A program made the translations under genes and the position numbers. From Acidobacteriota bacterium (GTDB lineage Bacteria; Acidobacteriota; Terriglobia; UBA7540), in NCBI GenBank assembly GCA_021827255.1, contig JAKAWO010000001.1, forward strand, positions 1 to 53,468: 53,468 bases of DNA, read 5' to 3'. Shown here piece by piece: positions 33,452-43,102 of the stretch; position 1 is the stretch's first letter; each line of letters opens with the position of its first letter. The notes under the pieces are model-generated. The model had not been told where the DNA came from, searched no databases, and worked only from the letters and a program-made list of their open reading frames with translations.

Positions 33452-34714
33452 CTACCTTTTTGTAATCACTGTGGGCTCGACCGACATGCCCTCCCGCAAA
33501 AGATGCTGCGGATCCTGCCCTGGATCGAACACAATCTTCACCGGAATCCGCTGCACTACTTTGACGTAATTTCCCGTGGCGTTTTCTGGCGGCAGCAGGC
33601 TGAATCGGTCCCCGGTCGCGCCGGCGATATTGAGAACGTGCCCTTTGTAATCCCGGCCGTAGGCGTCCACGTGGATTGTGGCTGGATTGCCCGGGCGCAT
33701 ATGCCGCAACTGGGTCTCCTTGAAATTGGCGGTGACGTAAAGGCCGTTGACGGGGACCACCGCCATCAGCGCCTGGCCCGCCTCGACGTTTTGGCCGGGC
33801 TCGATGGACTTTTTCCCGACGATGCCGTCGGCCGGCGCGCGGATCGTGGTGTAGCCGAGGTTGAGCTGCGCCTGGTCCAGGTTGGCCTTGGCCATCTTTA
33901 CAGCCGCGCGCGCCGCGTCCGCTTGAGCGCGGCTGACCCTAATACGTTGCGGTCCGGTCCTCGATGCCCGCAGGTTCGCTTGCGTCAGCAACAGCCCGGC
34001 TCGCGCCTCGGCCACCTTCTGCCGGGCCGCCAGCGCGTTCGCCTGCGCGGCGGTCACCGCCGCCGCATCCGCTTGCGCCGTGGCCAGCGTATGGTCGTAA
34101 CGCTGGCGCGAGATTTCTCCTTTCTTCACCAGCGCCGCGTATCGCCGCAAATCCGATTGGGCCTTCGCGTCATCCGCCTGTTTTTGTTTGACGGTGGCGT
34201 CGGCCGCTTGATACTCCCTTTGCGCCACGGCGAGCTCCGCCTGCGCTTGCTCGACGGCCGCTTGGGCGGCGGAGATTCCCGTGGAGGAAGCCACGGAGGT
34301 GATCGGCACCGTCACGTGCAACGCTTCGGCGTGAGCCAAGGCGTTCTCGTACTCGGCTTCGGCGCGCTCGACCGCCACTCGATAGTCGGTGGGGTCCAGG
34401 CGCGCCAGGATCTGCCCCTTCTTTACAAAGTCGTTGTTCTCCACCTCGACGGCGATGACGTGCCCGCTGACGCGCGCGCTGATGGCATAGAGATCGCCGT
34501 CAATCTGCGCGTCGTCCGTGCTCACCCGGTTGCGGTAGTAAAAATAAAAGCCAGTGACGACCGCGAGCGCCACGAGCCCCCCCGCCACGATCAAGCGGCG
34601 CGTCTTCGGGCGGGTTCGCGGCGCGGGAACGCTCTCGCGTTCGGCCACTCCGCCCGGTGGGGCTTCGCTCCGGTTTTCTTGCTCCAATTCGGTGATGTTG
34701 GGTGGTTCAGCCAT
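33452..34714 (-). CDS. HlyD/EmrA-type periplasmic adaptor (membrane fusion protein)
   Basis: An N-terminal TM is followed by STDDAQIDGDLYAISARVSGHVIAVEV.NNDFVKKGQILARLDP. There is a long coiled coil rich in A/Q/R, then TIRAPADGIVGKKSIEPGQ and GMSVEPTV. Confidence 0.87.
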   Translation of the reverse strand: MAEPPNITELEQENRSEAPPGGVAERESVPAPRTRPKTRRLIVAGGLVALAVVTGFYFYYRNRVSTDDAQIDGDLYAISARVSGHVIAVEVENNDFVKKGQILARLDPTDYRVAVERAEAEYENALAHAEALHVTVPITSVASSTGISAAQAAVEQAQAELAVAQREYQAADATVKQKQADDAKAQSDLRRYAALVKKGEISRQRYDHTLATAQADAAAVTAAQANALAARQKVAEARAGLLLTQANLRASRTGPQRIRVSRAQADAARAAVKMAKANLDQAQLNLGYTTIRAPADGIVGKKSIEPGQNVEAGQALMAVVPVNGLYVTANFKETQLRHMRPGNPATIHVDAYGRDYKGHVLNIAGATGDRFSLLPPENATGNYVKVVQRIPVKIVFDPGQDPQHLLREGMSVEPTVITKR

Positions 34715-34723
34715 GACGATTCC

Positions 34724-36358
34724 TCACTTCGAATAGAGATCCTCCATCTTGCCCATCGCGCGGGCCAACTCCGCCCGCGACTCGTTGTATTGATAGAGGG
34801 CGCCGATCTGATTGTCGTTGGCTCGCGCCAGTTCATCTTGCGCGGTAACGACTTCAATATCGTTGGCCACGCCGGCCGCAAAGCGGTCACGCGCCTCAGC
34901 GACTTCCTGGTTTGCCAGTTTCACGCCCAGGTTGGCTACTTCGACCTGGTGCTTGGCGGACTCTAGATCCGCCAGCGCCGTCTTCACCTCGAGCGCGATC
35001 CGGGCGCGGATGTCCTGATCCTGTTCCTGTAGCGCCCGAAGCGCCAAATGAGCCTTGGCTCGCTCCGCCCGGATGCGGCCACTTGAGATCAAGGGAAACT
35101 GGACGTTCACCTGGTACGTGTACGCCGGAATGGCCGACGCCACCGAGAGACCCTGATACTCCCAGCCGCCCCCCACATTGACGGTGGGCCAGCGTGCCTC
35201 GCCCGCCGCCTTTTCCTCGGACTCCGCGGCTCGTTCGCGCGCCTCGATAGCCTTCAGTTCCGGACGGCTGGCAAAGGCCGCCGCCAGAGTGGACCCCGCG
35301 TTGAACGAAGGGGTTTCGAAAAAACTCATCTCGTTCTTCAGGACAATGGGTTGGCGGGGGCCCAGATTGAGCAGCCTCGCCAGCCCATAGAGCGATGTCC
35401 GCAAGTCGGTCTCGGCCGCAATTCTCCGCTGCAATTCGTTTTGAAGCTGGACGTTGGCGCGCAGCGTATCGAGCTCTGTGCCCACGCCGTGCGTTTGAAG
35501 GTCGCGCGCCTGCTGATAAAGCGCCCGCGCCAGCGCCACCCGCGCCTGCGAAGCCCTTACGTTAGCGGCGGCCCGCAGCCCGGCGAGATATTGGGAAACG
35601 ACCAGCAAAACCGTCTGCTCGCGGACCGTCGCGGCGTCTTGCTGGCTGGCCTGGACACTGTGCTGCGCCGCCTGCCATTTTCGCAACAGGCTGAGGTCAA
35701 AAATCGGCATCGAGAAGCGCGGGCCCGACTGGAAGACTTGAAAAGGCCCCACGTGCTCGAAGGGCAGTGGGAAAGCTCCGCCGGCGAACGCTTTGATGTT
35801 GAATCGCTGAACTTCGTCGAAGGTGTCGAGGGTCGCTTGGGGCAGCAATCCGGATCGCGCGATCTTCTGGTCCTGCTCGCTCTCCGCCAGCGTCAGGTTC
35901 GCAATCTGCGCCTCGGGATTCTGCCGCAGAGCTAACTGGACTGCCTGCCGCAAGCTCAATTGGAGGGGCGGTTTGGCTGCGGCATTCGCTTTTCGCCCCG
36001 CCCCAAAGGGAAGGATCAACAGCAGCAGCGCGCCCACGATCTTCTTCGTCTCGCGGCTGGCTGGCGGCATTCCGGAGGACGGCGGCGCTTCTTTCGAGAT
36101 CTCTTCCACCAGGCGCTTGGTCATGCAGTCCTGCGCTCGCAGCTTGCCCCCCGCCTGATAAATCCTCGAGAGCACTCGTTTGCCCTCGGCGTCAATGAAG
36201 GTGACGCCTGTCAAGTCCATCACGAGGTTCTGCGTCTGCCCGCCTCCTTGCGCTTCCCGCCACTTTCGTTCCAATTCGCCTGCCCACTGTCCCACGAGTT
36301 TTCCTTCCACCTTGAAAGTCGCCTGACCGGGTTCAAATTGCGCGGTTATTTTCAGCAT
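34724..36358 (-). CDS. TolC-family outer membrane factor preceded in the same frame by a STAS (anti-sigma-antagonist-like) domain
   Basis: Residues from MLKITAQFEPGQATFKVEGKLVGQWAGELERKW...LVMDLTGVTFIDAEGKRVL form a STAS-like module. An internal Met at 36070 then begins a complete Sec signal peptide (MPPASRETKKIVGALLLLILPFGAGRKANA/AA), followed by TolC repeats (LSLRQAVQLALRQNPEAQIANL...). There is no stop codon between the two parts. Confidence 0.75.
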   Translation of the reverse strand: MLKITAQFEPGQATFKVEGKLVGQWAGELERKWREAQGGGQTQNLVMDLTGVTFIDAEGKRVLSRIYQAGGKLRAQDCMTKRLVEEISKEAPPSSGMPPASRETKKIVGALLLLILPFGAGRKANAAAKPPLQLSLRQAVQLALRQNPEAQIANLTLAESEQDQKIARSGLLPQATLDTFDEVQRFNIKAFAGGAFPLPFEHVGPFQVFQSGPRFSMPIFDLSLLRKWQAAQHSVQASQQDAATVREQTVLLVVSQYLAGLRAAANVRASQARVALARALYQQARDLQTHGVGTELDTLRANVQLQNELQRRIAAETDLRTSLYGLARLLNLGPRQPIVLKNEMSFFETPSFNAGSTLAAAFASRPELKAIEARERAAESEEKAAGEARWPTVNVGGGWEYQGLSVASAIPAYTYQVNVQFPLISSGRIRAERAKAHLALRALQEQDQDIRARIALEVKTALADLESAKHQVEVANLGVKLANQEVAEARDRFAAGVANDIEVVTAQDELARANDNQIGALYQYNESRAELARAMGKMEDLYSK

Positions 36359-36395
36359 CGCACATCCCACGTAAGTGAATTTCAGGAACCCAAGC

Positions 36396-36411
36396 TGCAA
36401 GGCGGGTGCCA
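36396..36411 (-). promoter_or_regulatory. Sigma-54 (-24/-12) promoter, TGGCAC-N5-TTGCA
   Basis: The minus strand reads TTGGCACCCGCCTTGCAGC, a perfect GG-N10-GC element. It lies 38 nt upstream of the ATG at 36358 and 173 nt downstream of the stop of a sigma-54 enhancer-binding protein gene. The track's TTG start at 36412 lies within this element. Confidence 0.8.
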
Positions 36412-36519
36412 AGCTGGCCGATTGGCCCGGATGGGATTTAACCCCCTGAAAACCAGGTGGTTACAAGAAAATTGGGGGTCAGGACTGACGCAATTTTGAT
36501 CCACTTAGTGGCTGTTAAC

Positions 36520-36579
36520 TGCCGAAATGTTGGCAGGTGACGATATGTCGGCACTATGGGTGGACAACATTCTGCCGAC
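36520..36579. promoter_or_regulatory. Candidate upstream activator sites (three TGCCGA/TCGGCA half-sites)
   Basis: TGCCGA lies at 36520-36525, TCGGCA at 36548-36553 and TGCCGA at 36573-36578. The first two form an inverted repeat with a 22-nt spacer. The sites lie about 110-185 nt upstream of the sigma-54 promoter. Confidence 0.3.
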
Positions 36580-36583
36580 CGTT

Positions 36584-38794
36584 TTACCGGCGAACAATGC
36601 CGAGTTTGCTCATTCTCGACTGGAGCGTGGAGCGCTTCATGCCAAGGCGTTGCGCGGCGCCATGCGAACCCGCAATTACCCAGCGGGTTTCCTGGAGAGT
36701 GCGAAGGATGTGCTGCCGCTCCACTTCTTCGAGCGTAAGACGATCTCCCGGCGGATCAGCGGAAGGGAGCGCAGGCTGTTTCAGTTCTGACAAGGGCAGG
36801 CGGAGGGCCGGGCCGGGCGAGAGGATGACGGCCCGCTCGATCAGGTTTTCGAGTTCGCGGACGTTCCCCGGCCAGGGATAGCGCACCAGTTCATCGAGCA
36901 CCTCGCTGGGGACGGTTTCGATTCTCCGGTCCATCTGGCGGGCGTACTTCTGGGCAAAATAGCTGACCAGCAGAGGAATATCTTCCGGCCGCTCGCGCAA
37001 AGGAGGAACGGTCAGCGGGAATACGCTGAGGCGGTAATAGAGGTCGCTGCGAAAGCCTCCGGCCTGGACCCATTCCGCCAAGTTGCGGTTGGTTGCGGCG
37101 ACCAAGCGCACGTCGGTGCGGATGGTCCGAATGCCGCCCAACCGCTCGAATTCCTGCTCCTGCAGGACGCGCAGCAGCTTGGGCTGGAGTTCGAGCGGGA
37201 TGTCGCCGACTTCATCCAAAAACAGCGTCCCGCCACTGGCCAGCTCGAAGCGCCCGATCTTCTGCGTCAGAGCGCCTGTGAAGGCGCCTCGCTCATGCCC
37301 GAACAATTCGCTTTCGAGCAGCCCGCTGGGGATCGCGGCACAGTTCAACTTGACAAACGCTCTCTCGCGGCGGCGGCTCAAGTTATGGATAGCGCGGGCG
37401 ATCAATTCCTTGCCCGTCCCTGTCTCACCCAGAATCAGCACGGTCGAGTCGGTCGGCGCCACCGTTTCTACATCCCTTAACACCCGCTTCAACGCGGCGC
37501 CTTCGCCGATGATTTCTTCAAAGTTGTGCTCGGTGCGGATTTCATCTTCCAGATAGAGTTTTTCCTCCGCCAGCTTTTCTTTGAGCGCGGCAATTTGGCG
37601 GAATTGCAGCGCGTTTTCCATCGGAAGGGCGATCTGGCTGGCGGCTTGGGTTAGAAAGTCGAGTTCCCTTTGCGTAAAGGCGGGACCTCGCGCGCGCGCC
37701 AGGATCAGCGCTCCGAGGGCGTGGCTCCGCCCGATCAGGGGCAGACAGCAACCGCTCGCCGCGCCTTCGCCGGGCCGCAGCCTCTGAAGGCCTGCCGCGA
37801 ATTCCTTGGGCCAAAGGGGGCTCGAGGCCAGCGACGGCTGGCTCAAGTCCATGAGGACGGCTTCGCGTTTTTCGATGGAGGGGCCCGCCGGAGTGCCTCC
37901 GAGCGGAACCGGAACCGCCGGCGGCAGCGCCGTGCCCTCCCGTTCATGGACGGAATAAACCTGGAGGGTGTGGCTTTCTTCTTCAAGGACGCCGATGCCG
38001 GCGTAATCGTACTCCACGATGCGGTGGAGGGATTGCCCGATGGCCGCGCGCAAGCCGTCCAACTCGAGGTTGGAAACGATGGCGTTCGTGATGTCGAGCA
38101 GGGCGCGCAGCCGGTCTCGCTCCTGCGCCAACTGCCGCTGATAGGATTCCAGGCTTTGCGTGTTGAGGGCGTTATCCACCGCGACGGCCACTTGGTTGGC
38201 CACTTGGGCCAGAAATTCCAGGTCGGACGCCGCGTAGGCGTTTTCCTTCTCGCTGCCAAACCCAAGGGCCCCAAGCCGCCGCTGCGCGGTGGTCAGCGGC
38301 AGCGAGCAGATGGACTTGACGTTGTGCGCGCGGAGGATGTTTGAAACCTTGGGGAATCGCTGATCTGTTTCGATGTGGCCAATGATGACCGGCGATTGAG
38401 TTTCCAAGGTCCATCCGGCGGGCGATTCTTCGACCGGAAACTCGAGGCCGGCCTCGAGCTGGGTGGGGACGGCGCTCTCCAGGATGTGCAATCGCATCGT
38501 CCGCCGCTGCGGCTCGTAGAGGACCAGGGTCAAAAACTCATACCGGACCACCCGATGAAGCCGCTCGGCCAGATCGTGAAACAGCGCTCCCAGGTCGCGG
38601 TGCGCGGCGATGGATTCGGAGACCTCCAGCAGCGCCGCGTATTGATCCTGGGCCGTCACCGAGCTTTGGGCGCTCGGCGCGAGGGCTTCCCTTGAGCGCC
38701 CTCGGCGGCTCGATCCAGCCCCCTTGGCCGGCTTCCCTGAGCCTTCTCGAAGATGGGCTCTGGACGCTGTCGGTCTGGCTCGCCTTTTGGCCAT
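36584..38794 (-). CDS. Sigma-54-dependent transcriptional activator with two N-terminal GAF-like domains (FhlA-like architecture)
   Basis: AAA+ core with Walker A GETGTGKELIARAIH, the sigma-54 contact loop ESELFGHERGAFTGA, Walker B LFLDEVGD, and a C-terminal Fis-type HTH AAQRLGMKRSTLQSRMSKLGI. The N-terminal roughly 400 aa contain two GAF-like modules. Confidence 0.9.
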   Translation of the reverse strand: MAKRRARPTASRAHLREGSGKPAKGAGSSRRGRSREALAPSAQSSVTAQDQYAALLEVSESIAAHRDLGALFHDLAERLHRVVRYEFLTLVLYEPQRRTMRLHILESAVPTQLEAGLEFPVEESPAGWTLETQSPVIIGHIETDQRFPKVSNILRAHNVKSICSLPLTTAQRRLGALGFGSEKENAYAASDLEFLAQVANQVAVAVDNALNTQSLESYQRQLAQERDRLRALLDITNAIVSNLELDGLRAAIGQSLHRIVEYDYAGIGVLEEESHTLQVYSVHEREGTALPPAVPVPLGGTPAGPSIEKREAVLMDLSQPSLASSPLWPKEFAAGLQRLRPGEGAASGCCLPLIGRSHALGALILARARGPAFTQRELDFLTQAASQIALPMENALQFRQIAALKEKLAEEKLYLEDEIRTEHNFEEIIGEGAALKRVLRDVETVAPTDSTVLILGETGTGKELIARAIHNLSRRRERAFVKLNCAAIPSGLLESELFGHERGAFTGALTQKIGRFELASGGTLFLDEVGDIPLELQPKLLRVLQEQEFERLGGIRTIRTDVRLVAATNRNLAEWVQAGGFRSDLYYRLSVFPLTVPPLRERPEDIPLLVSYFAQKYARQMDRRIETVPSEVLDELVRYPWPGNVRELENLIERAVILSPGPALRLPLSELKQPALPSADPPGDRLTLEEVERQHILRTLQETRWVIAGSHGAAQRLGMKRSTLQSRMSKLGIVRR

Positions 38795-39012
38795 AAGTTT
38801 GAGATTAACACCTCATGAAAAGCGGGTCGAGTTCGCCGGCGGGACTGAGCGGTCGCTGATCCCATCGGGCGCGGCCGGGCTCGCTCGATGCTGCAAACCG
38901 CAGACGGACCGTCGAGCCGCCCGAAGCGGAGCCGGACGTGCAAGTGAATTTCACGCGGGGGGTCGAAAGCGGCAGCGCACGGCGTGGAGTGGATGGAGGA
39001 ACCGGCGCTCGG

Positions 39013-40350
39013 CTAACGGCTGCCGTTGCTCATCGAAGCGAGGAACTGGGCGTTGGTCTGTGTTCTCTCGAGCTTGTCTTTAATCAGCTCCATGCTCTCG
39101 ACGGGAGAAAGCGGGCTCAGCACTTTGCGAAGCACCCAGATGCGGTTGAGCTCATCCTTGGCCACCAACAGTTCTTCCTTTCGCGTCCCGGACTTGTTGA
39201 TGTCAATGGCCGGGAAGACGCGCTTCTCCACCAGTTTGCGGTCCAGATTGATTTCCATATTGCCGGTGCCTTTGAATTCTTCAAAGATCACGTCGTCCAT
39301 GCGGCTGCCCGTATCAATCAGCGCCGTGGCGATGATGGTCAAGCTGCCGCCTTCCTCGATGTTCCGGGCAGAGCCGAAAAAGCGCTTGGGGCGCTGCAGG
39401 GCGTTGGAGTCCACGCCGCCTGAGAGGACCTTGCCGGAGGGTGGAACCACCGTATTATAGGCGCGGGCCAGGCGCGTGATGGAGTCCAGCAGGATGACCA
39501 CGTCGCGCTTGTGCTCGACCAGCCGCTTGGCCTTCTCGATCACCATTTCGGCCACTTGGACGTGACGCGCCGCCGGCTCGTCAAAAGTGGAGCTGATGAC
39601 TTCGCCCTTCACCGTCCGCTGCATGTCCGTCACTTCCTCCGGCCGCTCATCAATCAGCAGCACAATCAACGTGATCTCCGGATGGTTCGTGGTGACGGAG
39701 TTGGCGATGCACTGGAGCAGCATCGTCTTGCCGGTGCGCGGCGGGGAAACGATCAGCCCGCGCTGCCCCTTGCCAATGGGCGTGAGCAGGTCCAGGACGC
39801 GCGCCGAAATGTTGTCTTTGGTTGTCTCCAGGCGAATGCGCTCCTGCGGATAAAGCGGGGTCAGGTTGTCAAAGAAGATCTTGTTTCGCGCCTCGTCAGG
39901 AGATTCAAAGTTGATGGCCTCGACTTTGATCAGCGCAAAGTAGCGCTCGCCCTCTTTGGGCGGCCGGATTTGCCCGGAAACCGTGTCGCCCGTCCGCAGG
40001 TCGAACTTGCGGATCTGCGACGGAGAGACGTAAATGTCGTCCGGGCCCGGCAGATAGTTGTAATCCGGGGCGCGCAGAAACCCGAATCCGTCCGGCAGGC
40101 ACTCGAGCACGCCTTCGGAGAAGATCAGCCCCGCCTTCTCCGTCTGCGCCTGCAGGATCTTGAAGATCAGTTCCTGCTTGCGCAACCCGGTCGCGCCGAC
40201 GACGTCCAGATCCTTAGCAACCTGGGTCAGGGCGGTGATATTCATTTCCTTCAGCTTGGCGATGTCTAGGACTTCGCCTTCTTTCAGTGCGGTGACGTTC
40301 GTTTCCTGGGGGTCTTCCTCAGGGGGTGCGGCTTGTTTCTTGGCGGTCAT
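39013..40350 (-). CDS. rho: Transcription termination factor Rho
   Basis: N-terminal [19 protein letters not shown]-like FGFLR, Walker [22 protein letters not shown] and [18 protein letters not shown]. Confidence 0.96.
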   Translation of the reverse strand: MTAKKQAAPPEEDPQETNVTALKEGEVLDIAKLKEMNITALTQVAKDLDVVGATGLRKQELIFKILQAQTEKAGLIFSEGVLECLPDGFGFLRAPDYNYLPGPDDIYVSPSQIRKFDLRTGDTVSGQIRPPKEGERYFALIKVEAINFESPDEARNKIFFDNLTPLYPQERIRLETTKDNISARVLDLLTPIGKGQRGLIVSPPRTGKTMLLQCIANSVTTNHPEITLIVLLIDERPEEVTDMQRTVKGEVISSTFDEPAARHVQVAEMVIEKAKRLVEHKRDVVILLDSITRLARAYNTVVPPSGKVLSGGVDSNALQRPKRFFGSARNIEEGGSLTIIATALIDTGSRMDDVIFEEFKGTGNMEINLDRKLVEKRVFPAIDINKSGTRKEELLVAKDELNRIWVLRKVLSPLSPVESMELIKDKLERTQTNAQFLASMSNGSR

Positions 40351-40672
40351 ATGGCTCTCTCAGCTTGCAGGTGAAATCCCAAGCCCCGTTGGGGCCGGTT
40401 GTTTGAGGATTGACAATGGATTAGGCTTGCGCTCCCGGATGGCCTGTGCGTCGGTCTGAAAAATCGGGGCGTGAATTCAAGACGGCATGCCAGCGGGGTG
40501 GGTTCAGGTGCAATCCTCGGTCTTCGTTCTGCTTATCAATCTTGAATGAACCTCAGACGAATTGGACTTCAAGGTTTTCGGACTGGTCTTGGCGGCGCTC
40601 AGTTCCAGTGGACTCTCCGGCCTCTTGCCGGGGTTGCAAGCTACAGGCCGGGATTCCCCTGCGACTTGCTCC

Positions 40673-43102
40673 TTAGTTCGTCAGCGGCTCGTGTTCCGCC
40701 ACTGCGCCGGGTTCGAGCCTCGCGGCTTGAGGCGGCTCGGGGGCGAGTTCCGCGACCGCTTCGATCTTCCGCTCCAGCGCCATGTCCAGCACCTCATCCA
40801 TGCTCTCGACAAATCGGATGGCCAGCGCTTCCTGGATATTGGCCGGAATCTCGCTCAGATCCTTCTCATTGTCTCGCGGCAGAATGACCGTCTGGTTGCC
40901 AGCCCTCAGAGCGGCCAGGATTTTCTCCTTGACGCCGCCGATCGGCAGCACCTTGCCGCGCAGCGTGATTTCGCCCGTCATGGCGATCTCGCGATGGACC
41001 GGAATCTTGGTCAGGGCGCTCACCACGGCGGTCGCTAGCGTGATGCCAGCCGACGGCCCATCCTTGGGAATGGCCCCTTCGGGAACGTGAATATGAATGT
41101 CGAGGTTGCGGTAGAAATCCGCCGGCAGCCCCCAGCGCGTGGCGCGCGAGCGCACATAACTGAGCGCGGCTTGGGCGGACTCCTGCATCACGTCACCCAG
41201 CTTGCCGGTCAAGGTCAGCTTCCCCTTACCCTGCATGGTGGTCGCTTCGATGCTCAGAATCTGCCCCCCCGTCTCCGTCCACGCCAGGCCCGTCGCCAGT
41301 CCCACCTCGTTCTTCTCTTCCGCCTCCGTATCCCGAAATTTGACCACGCCCAGATAATCTTGGACGTCCTCGGGCCGGACGGTGATCTCGACCTTGGAGC
41401 CTTGCTGGACCACCTTGCGGGCCATCTTGCGAGAGACGTTGGCGATTTCGCGCTCCAGGCTCCGCACCCCCGCCTCGCGCGTGTAACTCCGAATGATAGC
41501 CAGAATGGCCTCGTCCGTGAAGGCCAAGTGCTTCTCTTTCAGCCCTGCCGCTTCCCGCTGTTTTCGCACCAGAAACCGCTTGGCGATTTCCAGTTTCTCA
41601 TGTTCCGTGTAGCCGGACAGGCGCAAGATCTCCATGCGGTCCTGCAGCGGCTGAGGAATGGTGTGGATGACGTTGGCCGTGGTGATGAAAAAAACCTTGG
41701 AAAGATCGTACTCCACATCCAGGTAATGATCCATGAACATGTGGTTCTGCTCGGGGTCCAAGACCTCGAGTAGGGCGGCCGAAGGATCGCCACGGAAGTC
41801 CATGCTCATCTTGTCCACTTCGTCCAGCAAAAAGACCGGGTTCGTGGTGCCGGCCTTTTTCATCATCTGGATGATTTGGCCGGGCAGCGCGCCGATATAA
41901 GTCCGCCGGTGGCCGCGGATTTCCGCCTCATCGCGCACCCCGCCCAGGGAGAGTCGCACGAACTTGCGTCCCGTCGCCCGCGCAATCGAGCGTCCCAGCG
42001 ATGTTTTGCCCACTCCGGGTGGACCCACAAAGCAGAGGATCGAGCCTTTGGGCGTTTTGACGAGCTGCCGGACGGCCAGAAACTCCAGGATCCGCTCTTT
42101 GATCTTCTCCAGCCCGTAGTGATCTGCTTCGAGCACCTTTTCCGCGCGCCGGATGTCGCGAATTTCCTTCGATTTCTTCTTCCACGGCACCGCCAGCAGC
42201 CAGTCGAGGTAATTGCGGGACACCGTGGATTCCGCCGACATGGGAGGCATCTGCTCCAGCCGCCGCAATTCGGCCATGGCTTTCTCATTCGCGTCCTTGT
42301 TCATGCCGGCCGCGTCAATCTTTTTCTTCAGCTCCTCGAGTTCGTTCTTTTCGTTGCGCCCCAACTCTTTTTGAATCGCTTTGATTTTCTCCTGGAGGTA
42401 ATACTCGCGCTGGGCGCGCTCCATCTGCCGCTTGACCCGCCCCTGGATTGTGCGGTCCACGTTGAGCTTCTCAATTTCGATATCCAGCAGGTCCGCCAGG
42501 CGGTTCAGTCGGTCCACCGGGTCCAGGATCTCCAGCAGTTCCTGCTTCTCCTCCACGCTCACGTTCAAGTTGGCGGCGATCGTGTCCGTGAATTTACCGA
42601 TTTCCTCCACCTTGGCCGCGGCGATCATCGTTTCATAGTTGAGGCTCTGCGAAAGCTTGACGTACTGCTCAAAAAGCGAGGTCACGCGCTGCACCAACTG
42701 CTCCAGGCTCGGCGTCGTGACCGCGCGGTAGCTGCTCACCTTCACGGAGACGCGATAGTAACCTTCTTCGCTCGAAATCTTCTGGATCTTTCCCCGCTCC
42801 ACGCCTTCCACCAGAACCTTGATGTTCCCGTCCGGCAGCTTGAGGCTCTGGATGATGTTGGCGATGGTGCCCACTTGATAGATGTCTTGGGGCTTGGGAT
42901 CCTCCACGGCGCCGTCGTGCTGCGTGGCGAGAAAAATCTTCTTCTCCTCCGCCAAAGCCTCCTCCAGCGCCCGGATCGAGTTCTCGCGCCCCACCACGAA
43001 GGGCGTCATCATATACGGAAAGATGACCACCTCCCGGATCGGCATCATGGGCAGCGTTCGCACTTCGCTCTTTTCTCGGCCGGAGAACATGGAGGAATCC
43101 AT
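40673..43102 (-). CDS. lon: ATP-dependent Lon protease (endopeptidase La)
   Basis: [15 protein letters not shown] (LON N-domain), Walker [16 protein letters not shown], and the protease domain [19 protein letters not shown] with the catalytic Ser. Confidence 0.96.
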   Translation of the reverse strand: MDSSMFSGREKSEVRTLPMMPIREVVIFPYMMTPFVVGRENSIRALEEALAEEKKIFLATQHDGAVEDPKPQDIYQVGTIANIIQSLKLPDGNIKVLVEGVERGKIQKISSEEGYYRVSVKVSSYRAVTTPSLEQLVQRVTSLFEQYVKLSQSLNYETMIAAAKVEEIGKFTDTIAANLNVSVEEKQELLEILDPVDRLNRLADLLDIEIEKLNVDRTIQGRVKRQMERAQREYYLQEKIKAIQKELGRNEKNELEELKKKIDAAGMNKDANEKAMAELRRLEQMPPMSAESTVSRNYLDWLLAVPWKKKSKEIRDIRRAEKVLEADHYGLEKIKERILEFLAVRQLVKTPKGSILCFVGPPGVGKTSLGRSIARATGRKFVRLSLGGVRDEAEIRGHRRTYIGALPGQIIQMMKKAGTTNPVFLLDEVDKMSMDFRGDPSAALLEVLDPEQNHMFMDHYLDVEYDLSKVFFITTANVIHTIPQPLQDRMEILRLSGYTEHEKLEIAKRFLVRKQREAAGLKEKHLAFTDEAILAIIRSYTREAGVRSLEREIANVSRKMARKVVQQGSKVEITVRPEDVQDYLGVVKFRDTEAEEKNEVGLATGLAWTETGGQILSIEATTMQGKGKLTLTGKLGDVMQESAQAALSYVRSRATRWGLPADFYRNLDIHIHVPEGAIPKDGPSAGITLATAVVSALTKIPVHREIAMTGEITLRGKVLPIGGVKEKILAALRAGNQTVILPRDNEKDLSEIPANIQEALAIRFVESMDEVLDMALERKIEAVAELAPEPPQAARLEPGAVAEHEPLTN

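Noticed and set aside
33425-34966. 513-aa ORF on the plus strand
   Set aside because: It is the antisense shadow of the HlyD-adaptor and TolC genes, with Arg/Gly-rich low-complexity translation.
36359-36412. TTG-initiated 18-codon extension of the STAS-TolC ORF
   Set aside because: These nucleotides constitute the sigma-54 -24/-12 element and the likely transcription start region, so they cannot be translated from this promoter.
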